Assembly (NCBI GenBank): GCA_945876185.1
Contig: CAMCMZ010000003.1
Span: forward strand, 15,454-79,453
Direction of reading: 5' to 3'
DNA: 64,000 nt
Origin: Candidatus Kuenenia stuttgartensis
GTDB taxonomy: Bacteria > Planctomycetota > UBA11346
The notes below the pieces were generated by a model that did not search any database, was not told the DNA's origin, and saw only the letters and a program-made list of their open reading frames with translations. Made by a program: the position numbers and the translations under genes. Of this stretch, positions 8,971 to 17,855 are shown piece after piece; the first letter of the stretch is position 1, and the number at the start of each line of letters is the position of its first letter.

Positions 8971-9744
8971 ATGATCGCGGCCATGCTCACCACCGAACAA
9001 CGCACCGCCTATGACCGGGATGGCTACGTCGTCATCGACGGATTTCTCACCGCGAACTCGATCGCCGCCGCAAAGGCCGACATCGCCGCCCTGCTCGATC
9101 GCGTCCGTTCCCAGACCGTCGATCAGGGTGGCGTCAACCTGGAGAAGGTCGGCGATGCCAGCCTCGACTGGGGCGCTGCGGTCAAGCGCCCGGGCATGGT
9201 GCGCAAGGTCCAGGGCGCGGTCTTCGAACTGCCGGCGGTGCGCTCCATCCTGTGCGGTCCGCAGATGATCGCCGCTGCCGCCGCCTGCATCGGTCCGGTG
9301 GTCCACTACCACTCGTCCAAGGCCATGCTCAAGCCGGCGCGGGGTGGAGCGCCCAAACCCTGGCATCAGGACGCGGCCTATTGGCCCGACGATGCGACCG
9401 ATCAGGTCACCGCCTGGATCGCCCTCGACGACGCCGGGATCGACAACGGTTGCGTCTGGGCCATTCCGGGCAGCCACCAGCTCGGTCTGTTGCCGCACCA
9501 GGGCAAGGAACTGCAGATCGAGGCTGCGAAGATCGCCGCCGACCGAGCCGTGCCGGTGCCGGTCCGGCCGGGCGGCCTGCTGCTCTTCCACGCCCTGGTC
9601 CTGCACATGTCGCACCGCAATGACAGCGACCGTGATCGCTGGGCCCTGATCGGCGATTACGACCCGCGCCCGAACCCGGCCCTGGATGCCCAGGGCCGTC
9701 GGGTCGAAGGCATGGACGAACGCGGCGTCTGGCGGCTCGCATGA
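8971..9744 (+). CDS. Phytanoyl-CoA dioxygenase (PhyH) family Fe(II)/2OG dioxygenase
   Basis: WHQD, VTAWIALDDA..DNGC.WAIPGSH, distal His in VLHMSHRN, then RW. Confidence 0.9.
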   Translation: MIAAMLTTEQRTAYDRDGYVVIDGFLTANSIAAAKADIAALLDRVRSQTVDQGGVNLEKVGDASLDWGAAVKRPGMVRKVQGAVFELPAVRSILCGPQMIAAAAACIGPVVHYHSSKAMLKPARGGAPKPWHQDAAYWPDDATDQVTAWIALDDAGIDNGCVWAIPGSHQLGLLPHQGKELQIEAAKIAADRAVPVPVRPGGLLLFHALVLHMSHRNDSDRDRWALIGDYDPRPNPALDAQGRRVEGMDERGVWRLA

Positions 9745-10853
9745 CCCCGCGCGAGAACCTGCTCCGCACCTTGCGTGGCGAGGAACCGGCCTGGGTGCCG
9801 TTCGCCCCGAACATCTGGCAGTGGTTCGAGCACCATCGTGGGCGTGGTTCCCTGCCGGCCGAACTGGCCGGCTGCCGCGACCACGTTGATGCCCTGATGG
9901 CCATCGGCGCCGAGGTGTTCACCCGCAACCACGGCGGTGGGGTCGGAATGCGCGACACCACGATCCAGGTTGCGGTCGAGGAGACCGTCAACCACCTCGG
10001 CCGGCGTAGCCTCCGACGCTGGACGACGCCGCACGGCGAGTTGCGCGAGGTGATCCAGGAACAAGCCGCCCTGACCACCTACCACACCGAAGAATACCTG
10101 GTCAAAGACTGGTCCCGCGAGCGCGACGCGGTGTTCGCCTGGCAGGATCAGCGGCGCTGGGAATGGAACGAAGCTGCGTTCATGGAGCTGCACCAGCGGG
10201 TCGGCGAGCGCGGGGTGATCAACGTCCCGGTCGGTCATACCCCGCTCAAGATGCTGCACTGGCTGTTTGGCCTGGATGGATCCTGCCTCTTTGCCAATGA
10301 TTTTCTGGAAGATGCGCAAGCGCTCTGCGACCGCCACTGGGCCGGCCTGCGACCATGGTTTGTCCGCCTGGCCGCTGACGATCGCATCCAGAGCACCATC
10401 CTGATGGACAACGTCGACACCCCGTTCTACAGCCCGAACCTGGCCCGGCGTTTCTGGCTGCCCTATGTCGCCGACGCCAGCGCGATCATGGCGCAGGCCG
10501 GAAAATCCCTCTTCGTCCACGCCTGCGGCAAACTCGCCCGCCTGGCGCCGATTTTTGCCGAGGCCAAGGTCAGCGGCCTGGAGGGGATCTCGCATGCCCC
10601 GCTCGGGGATTGGAGCGCAGCCGCAGCCCAGCACTGCCACCCCGGCTTCGTCTTCGTCGGAGGTTTCAGCGCGCGCGAGCAGACCATGCTGGACGACGCC
10701 GGGGTCGATGACTTCTATCGCGACTACCTGGGTGCCAGCCAGCGCCGCCGCTTCATCTTTTCGGCCTCTTGCCAGACGGCCATCGATACGCCCTTCGCGC
10801 GCATCCTGCGGGTCCGGGACCTCTGCCGGGAATGGGGCGGGCGGCCGGGCTGA
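9741..10853 (+). CDS. URO-D / MtaA-like TIM-barrel protein
   Basis: PAWVPFAP N-terminus, HACG (His-x-Cys at 10518) and C-terminal SASCQ Cys; 4-bp overlap with PhyH. Confidence 0.75.
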   Translation: MTPRENLLRTLRGEEPAWVPFAPNIWQWFEHHRGRGSLPAELAGCRDHVDALMAIGAEVFTRNHGGGVGMRDTTIQVAVEETVNHLGRRSLRRWTTPHGELREVIQEQAALTTYHTEEYLVKDWSRERDAVFAWQDQRRWEWNEAAFMELHQRVGERGVINVPVGHTPLKMLHWLFGLDGSCLFANDFLEDAQALCDRHWAGLRPWFVRLAADDRIQSTILMDNVDTPFYSPNLARRFWLPYVADASAIMAQAGKSLFVHACGKLARLAPIFAEAKVSGLEGISHAPLGDWSAAAAQHCHPGFVFVGGFSAREQTMLDDAGVDDFYRDYLGASQRRRFIFSASCQTAIDTPFARILRVRDLCREWGGRPG

Positions 10854-10863
10854 CCGATAGGGG

Positions 10864-12180
10864 TCAACCCAGGCGCAAGCGTTTGGCGGCGGCGGCGAAG
10901 CGTTCGCCACGGTCTTCAAAGCCACGGAACATGTCGAACGAAGCGCAGGCCGGACTGAGCAGCACGGTGCCGCCGTCGGGCAGCAGGTCGACGGCGTGGG
11001 CGAGGGCGGCTTCCAGACTGGCGCGGATGTCCGCCACGACGCCGACCTCGGCCAGGCGGCTCTGGATTGCGGGGGCGGTCTGGCCGATCAGCACCGGGCG
11101 AGCGCCGCGAGCGGCGACGCAGCGCGCCAGATGCGCGAAGTCGGCGCCCTTGTCTGAGCCGCCGAGGATCACCGCGAGCGGACCGCTGATCGCGAGCAGT
11201 CCGGCCATCGCCGATTCGGGCGTGGTGGCGATCGAATCGTTGACGAAGCGCCAGCCGCCGCCGGCGTGGACCTCCTGCAGGCGGTGCGGTAGGCCGACGA
11301 CCTCGGCCAGGCGGCCCGGGATCGTGGTGGCTGGGATCTTCAGTTCCTGCGCCACCGCGAGCGCCAGGCACGCATTGCGCGCATTGTGGTCGCCGATGAG
11401 GCGCAGGTCGCGGCGCGCCGCGATCACCTGGCCATCGGGGTCATGGAAGGAGGTCTGATCGGCGGTGAACGCCGGCAGCGGCCGGCAGCCGGCGGGGACG
11501 TGCGCCAGAGCCTCGGCCGCCACCGCCGCGCACGGCACCCAGTCGAGCAGGGCGAGTTTGGCCGCGTGATAGTGCGCAATGTCGGGATGCCAGTCCAGAT
11601 GGTCGACGGCCAGGGTCGAGACCACCGCCGCTGCGAAAGCTGGGCGCTGCTCGCGCAGGTACCAGAGCTGGAAGCTCGACAGTTCGCAGACCAGCGGCAC
11701 CGCGTCGCCCTCGCGCGCGAGCACATCGAGCAGCGGTTCGTAGCTGTTGCCGCCGACCTTCCAGCCGAGCAGCGTCGCCAGGATGCGGGTGGTGGTGCTC
11801 TTGCCCTTGGTCCCGGTCACCGCGACGCGCGGGCCACGGTGGGCGCTGAAGAACAGGCCTTCCGGCGACGCCATGGGCGGGTGGACGGCCGGCCAGGCGC
11901 GCGGCGGGATGGCCGGCGAGGCGACCACCAGATCGGCGCGGTGGAAAGCGGGATGGCTGGCATCCCCGACGTGCCAGGCCCAGCCACGGGTGCGCGCCTG
12001 GTCAGCCTCGGGGCCGAATTCCCTGGCCGGACGCGCGTCGAGCACCGCGACCTCGGCCCCGCGTTCGGCGCAGAAACGCCCGGCGGCCATGCCGCCGCCG
12101 TGACGGCCGAAGCCCCACACCAGAACTTTGGCTCCGGTCAGCGGTGGCAGCGACATCGGCAGCAGCGGAGACGCGTTCAC
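10864..12180 (-). CDS. murD: UDP-N-acetylmuramoyl-L-alanine--D-glutamate ligase
   Basis: VWGFGRHG, VVASPAIP, VTGTKGKSTTT, ELSSFQL, DHLDWH, NDSIAT, ILGGSDKG, VLLSPACASFDMF. Confidence 0.95.
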   Translation of the reverse strand: MNASPLLPMSLPPLTGAKVLVWGFGRHGGGMAAGRFCAERGAEVAVLDARPAREFGPEADQARTRGWAWHVGDASHPAFHRADLVVASPAIPPRAWPAVHPPMASPEGLFFSAHRGPRVAVTGTKGKSTTTRILATLLGWKVGGNSYEPLLDVLAREGDAVPLVCELSSFQLWYLREQRPAFAAAVVSTLAVDHLDWHPDIAHYHAAKLALLDWVPCAAVAAEALAHVPAGCRPLPAFTADQTSFHDPDGQVIAARRDLRLIGDHNARNACLALAVAQELKIPATTIPGRLAEVVGLPHRLQEVHAGGGWRFVNDSIATTPESAMAGLLAISGPLAVILGGSDKGADFAHLARCVAARGARPVLIGQTAPAIQSRLAEVGVVADIRASLEAALAHAVDLLPDGGTVLLSPACASFDMFRGFEDRGERFAAAAKRLRLG

Positions 12181-13280
12181 GGCGCGTATGCGGGCTCTGT
12201 CGATAACGGTTCCGCTTTGGCTGGTTCCGCCGCCGGCGCGACGGCGTAGGCGGGCAGGCGGTCGCCCAGGAACAGTTCGGTCATGACCTCACCTTTGCCA
12301 GCAGGCAGAGAAAAACCTAGGATCGCCGCCGTGGTGGCAGACACATCGACCAGCCCGCGCCGGCGTCCGCCAGGAACGCCACGCTTGAAGTCTGGGCCGA
12401 GCGCCAGGCATGAGATCGAGCGGCAGCCCTCGCACTCGCAGCCGTGGTCGACGAAGCCGTTGGCGACGCCATCCAGGTGACGGCCATGGTCGTTGGTGAT
12501 GAGCAGCGCGGTGGCGTCGCGATACACGGGATCCGCCTGAAGCAGGTTCCAGAGATCAGCAGCGAACCCATCGCACGCGCTGATCGCCTTCCGGTAGCCG
12601 TCCCAGTCGTTCTTGTGGCCGGCCGAATCGGGGCCGAGCAAGTTCACCAGCACCAGGCGCGGGTGGTCCTTGGCCAGGATATCGCGGACACGGGCGAAGG
12701 TCTCGGCGTCGCTGCGGTAGCCGACCCGCTTGGCGGGTCCTTCCTTGCCACCAAGTCCGCCTTTGCCGCAGTCGATCGACGGCCGCCAGCGGCCCGTCCA
12801 CTGGGCCTGGCTGGTGTCCGACAGCGTCCACAGCTTGTCCTTGCTGGCGATCACCCAGGCGGCGCTGGCGGGCAGATCCCACGACGCGCGAAAACGCTGG
12901 AAGATGCTTTCCTTTTTCGGCAGTTCCTTGCCCCGGTTGTCCTTCACCTCGTAGACCCCGGTGACCATCGCGGTGTGGCCGGGCTCGGTGGTGGTCATGC
13001 CGTCGTTGCGGAAGTCGGTGTAGAGCACGCCCTGCGGCGCGAGGTCTTTCGCCATGCGCGGGATCAGTGCCCGCGCCGGATCGCTCCAGGTTTCGCTCAT
13101 GCGCGGCCCGTCGATGACCAGGATCACCACGTTGCGCGTTCTTGGTGCGGCCGCTGGAGTCGCCGTTTCTCCAGCAATGACCGACGCGACCTGCGGCGCG
13201 ATGACCAAGGCCCACAGCAACGTGCTGGCCAGAGCCAGGTACGGATGGCGGCGCGGAGTCAGGCTGGTTTCGATGGTCAT
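12177..13280 (-). CDS. Secreted alkaline-phosphatase-superfamily metalloenzyme (phosphodiesterase/sulfatase-like); start taken at MTIETS
   Basis: VVILVIDG, TTEPGH (Thr nucleophile position), DSAGH, ITNDHGRH metal ligands; signal peptide. Confidence 0.8.
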   Translation of the reverse strand: MTIETSLTPRRHPYLALASTLLWALVIAPQVASVIAGETATPAAAPRTRNVVILVIDGPRMSETWSDPARALIPRMAKDLAPQGVLYTDFRNDGMTTTEPGHTAMVTGVYEVKDNRGKELPKKESIFQRFRASWDLPASAAWVIASKDKLWTLSDTSQAQWTGRWRPSIDCGKGGLGGKEGPAKRVGYRSDAETFARVRDILAKDHPRLVLVNLLGPDSAGHKNDWDGYRKAISACDGFAADLWNLLQADPVYRDATALLITNDHGRHLDGVANGFVDHGCECEGCRSISCLALGPDFKRGVPGGRRRGLVDVSATTAAILGFSLPAGKGEVMTELFLGDRLPAYAVAPAAEPAKAEPLSTEPAYAP

Positions 13281-13407
13281 GGCGGGATGGTCAGTTCTGC
13301 CCGGCTTTGGTGCAAGCCCCAGGATCGATGGATTCCCACTGCCTTGAGACGAATTAGCACCCATCCCATCCGCCCAGCGGCGCGGATCGGCTGGATGCAT
13401 CAGCTAC

Positions 13408-13462
13408 GTGAGTCGGCTAGGTGAGTCGGCTGCGCGAGTCAGCTGCGTGAGTCAGCTGCGTG
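13408..13462. repeat. 13-bp tandem repeat x4 (GTGAGTCRGCTGC)
   Basis: Units at 13408, 13421, 13434 and 13447. Confidence 0.8.
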
Positions 13463-13664
13463 GAGTGGCCGGAGCTCAATCCGTCAGTGGATTCATCCTA
13501 AACAGCGCAACAGATCCTTGAATGTGTTCACGAGTGGCCTCGGAATGACGTTTTGAATAGACTTGCTCGGTCACCAAATGGGTGATGGGGTCGATAGGCC
13601 CAAACCTGCTTCGATTGCTGGCAGTGCCCCCGCCCTTAAAAACAGTCCACCCACGATTCTCTGT

Positions 13665-13768
13665 AAAAATCGCAAGTGCGCCCCAGATGCAAGGCGGGAG
13701 GAGGGAGTTTGGCAGCGCCAAATGACCGACGACCAACGCAGCAGATGGGGTGCAATTGCGATTTTAGG
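13665..13768 (-). repeat. 102-bp structured repeat, family B
   Basis: Reverse-complement copy that begins TGA-A-CCT after the stop of the DUF2934 gene; inner hairpin TTTGGC-GCT-GCCAAA. Confidence 0.9.
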
Positions 13769-13769
13769 T

Positions 13770-14033
13770 TCATTGTGCCTTGAGCTTCGCGTCGATCTGC
13801 TTCTCCGCCTCGGCCCAGTCGGTGATCTGGTTGCCAGGGGTGAACCCGCGCTTCTCGGCCAGATAGTACGCCGCCTCGGCGATCATGCGCTGGCGCTGGC
13901 CCGGATCGATCTTCGCCACGACCGACGCGGCAGCGATGACGGCCGGTTTCGCGGCGGGCGCAAGCGCGGCCTTCGCAATCGGTACGGGCTGGGTGGTCTT
14001 GGGGGTGGCGAGGGCGGGTTTGGCGATGGCCAT
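13770..14033 (-). CDS. DUF2934-domain protein with Ala/Lys/Pro-rich N-terminus
   Basis: IAEAAYYLAEKRGF.PG...DWAEAE signature; GGAG RBS before MAIAKP. Confidence 0.85.
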   Translation of the reverse strand: MAIAKPALATPKTTQPVPIAKAALAPAAKPAVIAAASVVAKIDPGQRQRMIAEAAYYLAEKRGFTPGNQITDWAEAEKQIDAKLKAQ

Positions 14034-14231
14034 GATGGCTCCTGGGCGGGGGTGGACGAAAGGCACCGGAATACCATGGGGGTCGTTGTCGCGCAATCCA
14101 GGATCAAAAGTTGATGGATAGCCTGTCGAATCGCCAAGGGTCAGAGAACCCTGGTTTCTTCGCGTGAAAATGGTTTGGCTGAGACCGTCAAATTTTCGCG
14201 CGGCTTGGCGCCATGCTGGCTCCTCCTGGTC

Positions 14232-15368
14232 CTACTCCGCCCAATGCCGGACCGCTTTGTCCGGCGGCAGTGGTTTGACCGTCGCCTCGGTCAAGGGTTT
14301 GCCGGCAAGAACGGCGGCGAGGGCGAGATCGTGCCAGGGTGAGCGCGCGGCCGGGGTGGTGCTGGTGCCAAGGGCGAGGTGCAGGCGACGTTCGGCGGGG
14401 ATGAAAACCATGGCCTGGGCGTTGAGGCGGGGCAGGTAGGTCGCGGCGGTGGCTTGGCGCAGCCAGGCGAGGTCTGGGGTGGCGGGGGCGTTGGATCCTG
14501 TCGCCAGGTTGTGCAGGAAGCGGCCGCGTTGGTCCTCGGGCCAGGTGCTTGCGTCGCGCAGGGGGCCGTTGGTGCAGGCCAGCCAACGGTCCTTGAGATC
14601 GCTGCGGTGCACGGTGGCACCGGCGCGCCAGACCACGGCCGCGCCTTTGGCGTCGGCGAGGAAGATGTAGTGGCCGGCGCTGGTCGGGTTGGCGCGGTAG
14701 ATGGCGACGGCCTGCTCGACATCGGTGGCGTCCTCAAGGATGGCGCGCAGGGCGAAGAACAGCGGCATGCCGCCAGCGACACCGTGGCTGTTGAATCGGA
14801 GCAGGCAGCAGGCGACGACCCCGGCGTCGTTCATGCCACTGACCACGGCGATCATGCCGGGCCAGCCGACGCTGACGAAGGCGTGCTTGTCCTTGGGGCG
14901 GATGATCTTCACCACGGTCTGCGGGCCGAGGAGGTCGGCGGGGGCGAAGTCCATGTTGCGGGCCACAGCGAGCGGGCCGGCGGCGGGACCACCTGGCGGA
15001 CGATGGGCGAGCGCGGTGCATTGCACCTCGGACGCCGAGTTAGCAGCAAGCAGCAGATCCGCGTCGACCTTGAGGCCGGCGGCAAGCGCGGTGGCCTCGC
15101 TCAGCCAGGTTGGGCGCAGGGTGCGGCGCACGGCGGCCAGCGCGGCCGGCTTGCGCATGGCAGCGACGGATGGATCCAACGAGCTGACCGCCAGCATCGC
15201 CACCGCGCGCGGGCCGAGTAGACGGACCTCCTGCGCGGCGAGTTCGGCCGGAGCGCCTTGTTCCAGCACGAGGGTCAGGCCGTCGATGACGCGGAGTTGG
15301 CCCGGAGCCTCGGCCGACCTCAGCGCGACAGACGCGCAAACCAGCACGATTAGGCAGCGGAGGGACAT
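14232..15368 (-). CDS. C45-family Ntn-hydrolase (acyl-CoA:6-APA acyltransferase-like), secreted
   Basis: Internal QC/TAL nucleophile Cys, ARNMDF, GWPG...SGMNDAGV; signal peptide. Confidence 0.8.
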   Translation of the reverse strand: MSLRCLIVLVCASVALRSAEAPGQLRVIDGLTLVLEQGAPAELAAQEVRLLGPRAVAMLAVSSLDPSVAAMRKPAALAAVRRTLRPTWLSEATALAAGLKVDADLLLAANSASEVQCTALAHRPPGGPAAGPLAVARNMDFAPADLLGPQTVVKIIRPKDKHAFVSVGWPGMIAVVSGMNDAGVVACCLLRFNSHGVAGGMPLFFALRAILEDATDVEQAVAIYRANPTSAGHYIFLADAKGAAVVWRAGATVHRSDLKDRWLACTNGPLRDASTWPEDQRGRFLHNLATGSNAPATPDLAWLRQATAATYLPRLNAQAMVFIPAERRLHLALGTSTTPAARSPWHDLALAAVLAGKPLTEATVKPLPPDKAVRHWAE

Positions 15369-15480
15369 AGCGGGACGGTCGTCGCGCCGGCGTTGGGATC
15401 AATTCTTGGCTGGCTGCCGACGGCGTGGTGTGCCGGTTGGCGCTATGCGATCTGCTCGGCAGGGATCTCACGATGTGCCT

Positions 15481-15506
15481 GCCGGTTGGAAACCGGCGGT
15501 CCCAGG
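15481..15506 (-). repeat. GGGA-tagged REP (CCTGGGACCGCCGGTTTCCAACCGGC)
   Basis: Near-identical copies at 44728, 46590 and 48605 and inside both family-A MITEs. Confidence 0.8.
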
Positions 15507-15592
15507 GGGCTGGCTGGCGCGGCGGCTGCGGGTGAAATGATGAAACACCGCCGACGCTGGCGACGTTATCCCCTATCACCCTGGAGCGACCC

Positions 15593-15904
15593 ATGACCAA
15601 GATCCTTTCTACCGTTCTCGCGCTGGCTGCCTTCACGGGCACCGCGCTTTCAGGCGAGGCGGCCGAGGCGGCCAAGCCGAAGCCGAAGCCCTACACCCTC
15701 GACACCTGCATCGTCTCGGGCGACAAGCTCGGCTCGATGGGCGAAGCCGTGGTATTCGTCCGGGAAAACCGCGAGCTCAAGGTCTGCTGCAAGGGCTGCA
15801 TCAAGGATTTCGACAAGGATCCCGCCAAGTTCCTCAAAAAGGTCGACGAAGCCGAGAAGGCCAAGGCCGACGCCAAACCGAAGGCTGCGGAAGCCGCCAA
15901 ATAA
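15593..15904 (+). CDS. Small secreted Cys-rich YHS/TRASH-like protein
   Basis: Signal peptide; YTLDTCIVSG...VCCKGCIKDFDKDPAKF; sits just upstream of the cus-type operon. Confidence 0.75.
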   Translation: MTKILSTVLALAAFTGTALSGEAAEAAKPKPKPYTLDTCIVSGDKLGSMGEAVVFVRENRELKVCCKGCIKDFDKDPAKFLKKVDEAEKAKADAKPKAAEAAK

Positions 15905-15911
15905 GCTGGGG

Positions 15912-16121
15912 CCCGGGAGCGCCGAGCACCAGCTCGGCCGGGCAATCCGGTACCAAGAGAAAGCGGATGGATTCAGGTGTAGCCTGACGCCACCTGCCAG
16001 AAGAGCTTCGATCCGAAGCCGAGCTGGGGCTCGGCGCTCCCGGGCACTGGCCCACGAAACGTTTGCGAATAGCTAAGGAAACGTTCTTTGATGGTGGTTG
16101 CCCCTTAGCTTCACAGCATTG
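15912..16121 (-). mobile_element. One-ended (truncated) copy of the IS4-like family-C MITE
   Basis: Reverse complement aligns to 4765-4973 (roughly 80% by eye); one CAATGCTGTGAAGCTAAG end at 16104-16121 plus the REP doublet; second TIR not seen. Confidence 0.75.
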
Positions 16122-16230
16122 GGCGCGGCCCCGCAGCATAAGGGGGTTTGGCCTTTCGTCGTTCTAACAGCCCTGCGCCGCGGAGCGGCGCGCTCCCAGG
16201 AACGGCCTGGAACAGGAGTCCACGTCCGCC

Positions 16231-17484
16231 ATGCGTACCGCCGTCCTCCTTCCGCTCTGCATGCTGACGTGGGCCGCTGATCCCGTGCCCGTGATCGCGC
16301 CCACGCCAGCAGACGTCAATGCGCCAGCGATGCCGGCCCAGGCGGCCTTTCTGCGCGCCGTGGCGGGCGCTCCGGCGATCCAGGCGGCGCAGGAACGCAT
16401 TTTCGCGGCGCGCCGGGCTGCTGGATCCGCCGGTCGCCTGGCCGATCCGATGCTGGGCGCCGGATATGCGCGCAAATCCACCGCGATGGACCGCTGGCCG
16501 ATGTATGACGTGCGCCTGGAACAAGCCCTGCCGCGCTGGGGCGAACGCGACGCCCGCCGCGCCAAGGCCCTGGCCGAAACCGCGATGACCGAAGCCGACC
16601 TGCGCGAGATCATCGGCGACACGGCGGCCGAGATCGCGGCCATGCTCGCCGAGGCCGAATCCGCGCGCGCCAAAGCCGAGCTGGCTCGGGCCCAGATCGC
16701 GCGCGCCACCGCGGTGCAGACGATCATCGTCGCCCGCGTGGCCTCCGGCACCGGCGGCAGCGCGGAGCAGTTGGAAGTGAATAGCCGGCTCGCCGCGCTC
16801 GCGGTCGAGCGCGACACCATGCTGCGCATGGCCGCCGATGCCGAGCAGGACGTGCGTGGCCGTCTCGGCCTGCCGCCCACCGCGCTGCTGCCGATATTCG
16901 CCGCGCCCGATCCCAAGTCGATCGCGATCGAACGCGTGCCCGGCATCGCCGCCGCGCAGGCGAAATCAGCCGAGGCCGACGCCATGTTCCAGGAAGCCCG
17001 CGCCAGCCGCTATCCGGAAACCGCGCTCGGCGTGCGTTACGAACGCGAGCTGGTTCCCGGCGACACGATGACCACGGTCGGCTTGGAGCTGCGCGTCTCG
17101 CTGCCGGTCTGGCAGTCGGCCTCGGGCGACCAGGAATTGGCCGCGCTGGCCCGTCGCCGGGCGGCCCAGCACGAAGCCGAAGCCTGGCAGTTCCGCGCCC
17201 GCGCCCTGCTCGGCCGCGCCGAACGGGCGACGGCGGTCGCAGTCACCGCGCGCTCCGCCGCCGAGGCCACCAAGGGCCGCATCTCCGCCGAATACGACGC
17301 GCTGGTCCAGGCCGCCACGACCCAGAGCGGCCCCGGCCTGACGGCGGTGCTCGGTGTGATCGACCGCCTGAGCGAGGCCGAGCGCCAAGTCATCGATGCC
17401 GAGGTCGCCGCCCGCCAGGCCGCTGCCGGGCTGTGGCGGCTCGCCCCGCCTGATCTTCCCACATCCGTGCGAGCCCAGCCATGA
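16231..17484 (+). CDS. TolC-family outer-membrane factor (CusC/CzcC-like)
   Basis: Signal peptide, OEP repeats (LADPML, EQALP.WG.RDAR; YPE...G...ELRVSLPVW); first gene of an RND operon. Confidence 0.85.
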   Translation: MRTAVLLPLCMLTWAADPVPVIAPTPADVNAPAMPAQAAFLRAVAGAPAIQAAQERIFAARRAAGSAGRLADPMLGAGYARKSTAMDRWPMYDVRLEQALPRWGERDARRAKALAETAMTEADLREIIGDTAAEIAAMLAEAESARAKAELARAQIARATAVQTIIVARVASGTGGSAEQLEVNSRLAALAVERDTMLRMAADAEQDVRGRLGLPPTALLPIFAAPDPKSIAIERVPGIAAAQAKSAEADAMFQEARASRYPETALGVRYERELVPGDTMTTVGLELRVSLPVWQSASGDQELAALARRRAAQHEAEAWQFRARALLGRAERATAVAVTARSAAEATKGRISAEYDALVQAATTQSGPGLTAVLGVIDRLSEAERQVIDAEVAARQAAAGLWRLAPPDLPTSVRAQP

Positions 17485-17852
17485 ACCGCCATATCATCAT
17501 CTTCCTCGTCACGTTCGCGGTCGGGGCCGTGTTCGCCGTGATCCTCCGCACGGCGTTGCACCGGCCGTACGCGGGCGAGAAGGGACCGCCGACCGTCCCC
17601 GCAGCCGCCATGCCAGCGCCCGCCCCGCACGATCACGGCGCTGCGACCATGACCCCGTCCGCACCTGCCACTGCTGCCGCGACGGTGAACAGCACCTGCG
17701 CCATCTGCGGCATGCCGGTCAATCCCGCTTTCGGCACCGCGCTCTACAAGGGAAAACTCGTCGGATTCGGGTGCAAGACCTGCCCGCCCAAGTTCAAGGC
17801 CGAACCGGAAAAGTACGGTGAGGCCGCGCTCACAAATCAGGTCGTGGAGTAG
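17481..17852 (+). CDS. Membrane-anchored YHS/TRASH-like Cys protein
   Basis: N-terminal TM, His-containing linker, NSTCAICGMPV...GCKTCPPKFKAEPEKY; overlaps the OMF stop. Confidence 0.75.
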   Translation: MNRHIIIFLVTFAVGAVFAVILRTALHRPYAGEKGPPTVPAAAMPAPAPHDHGAATMTPSAPATAAATVNSTCAICGMPVNPAFGTALYKGKLVGFGCKTCPPKFKAEPEKYGEAALTNQVVE

Positions 17853-17855
17853 GCC

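Noticed and set aside
13476-13736. 86-aa minus-strand ORF in the low-GC patch
   Set aside because: It starts inside the family-B repeat and the rest matches no family I recognise; at most a gene remnant
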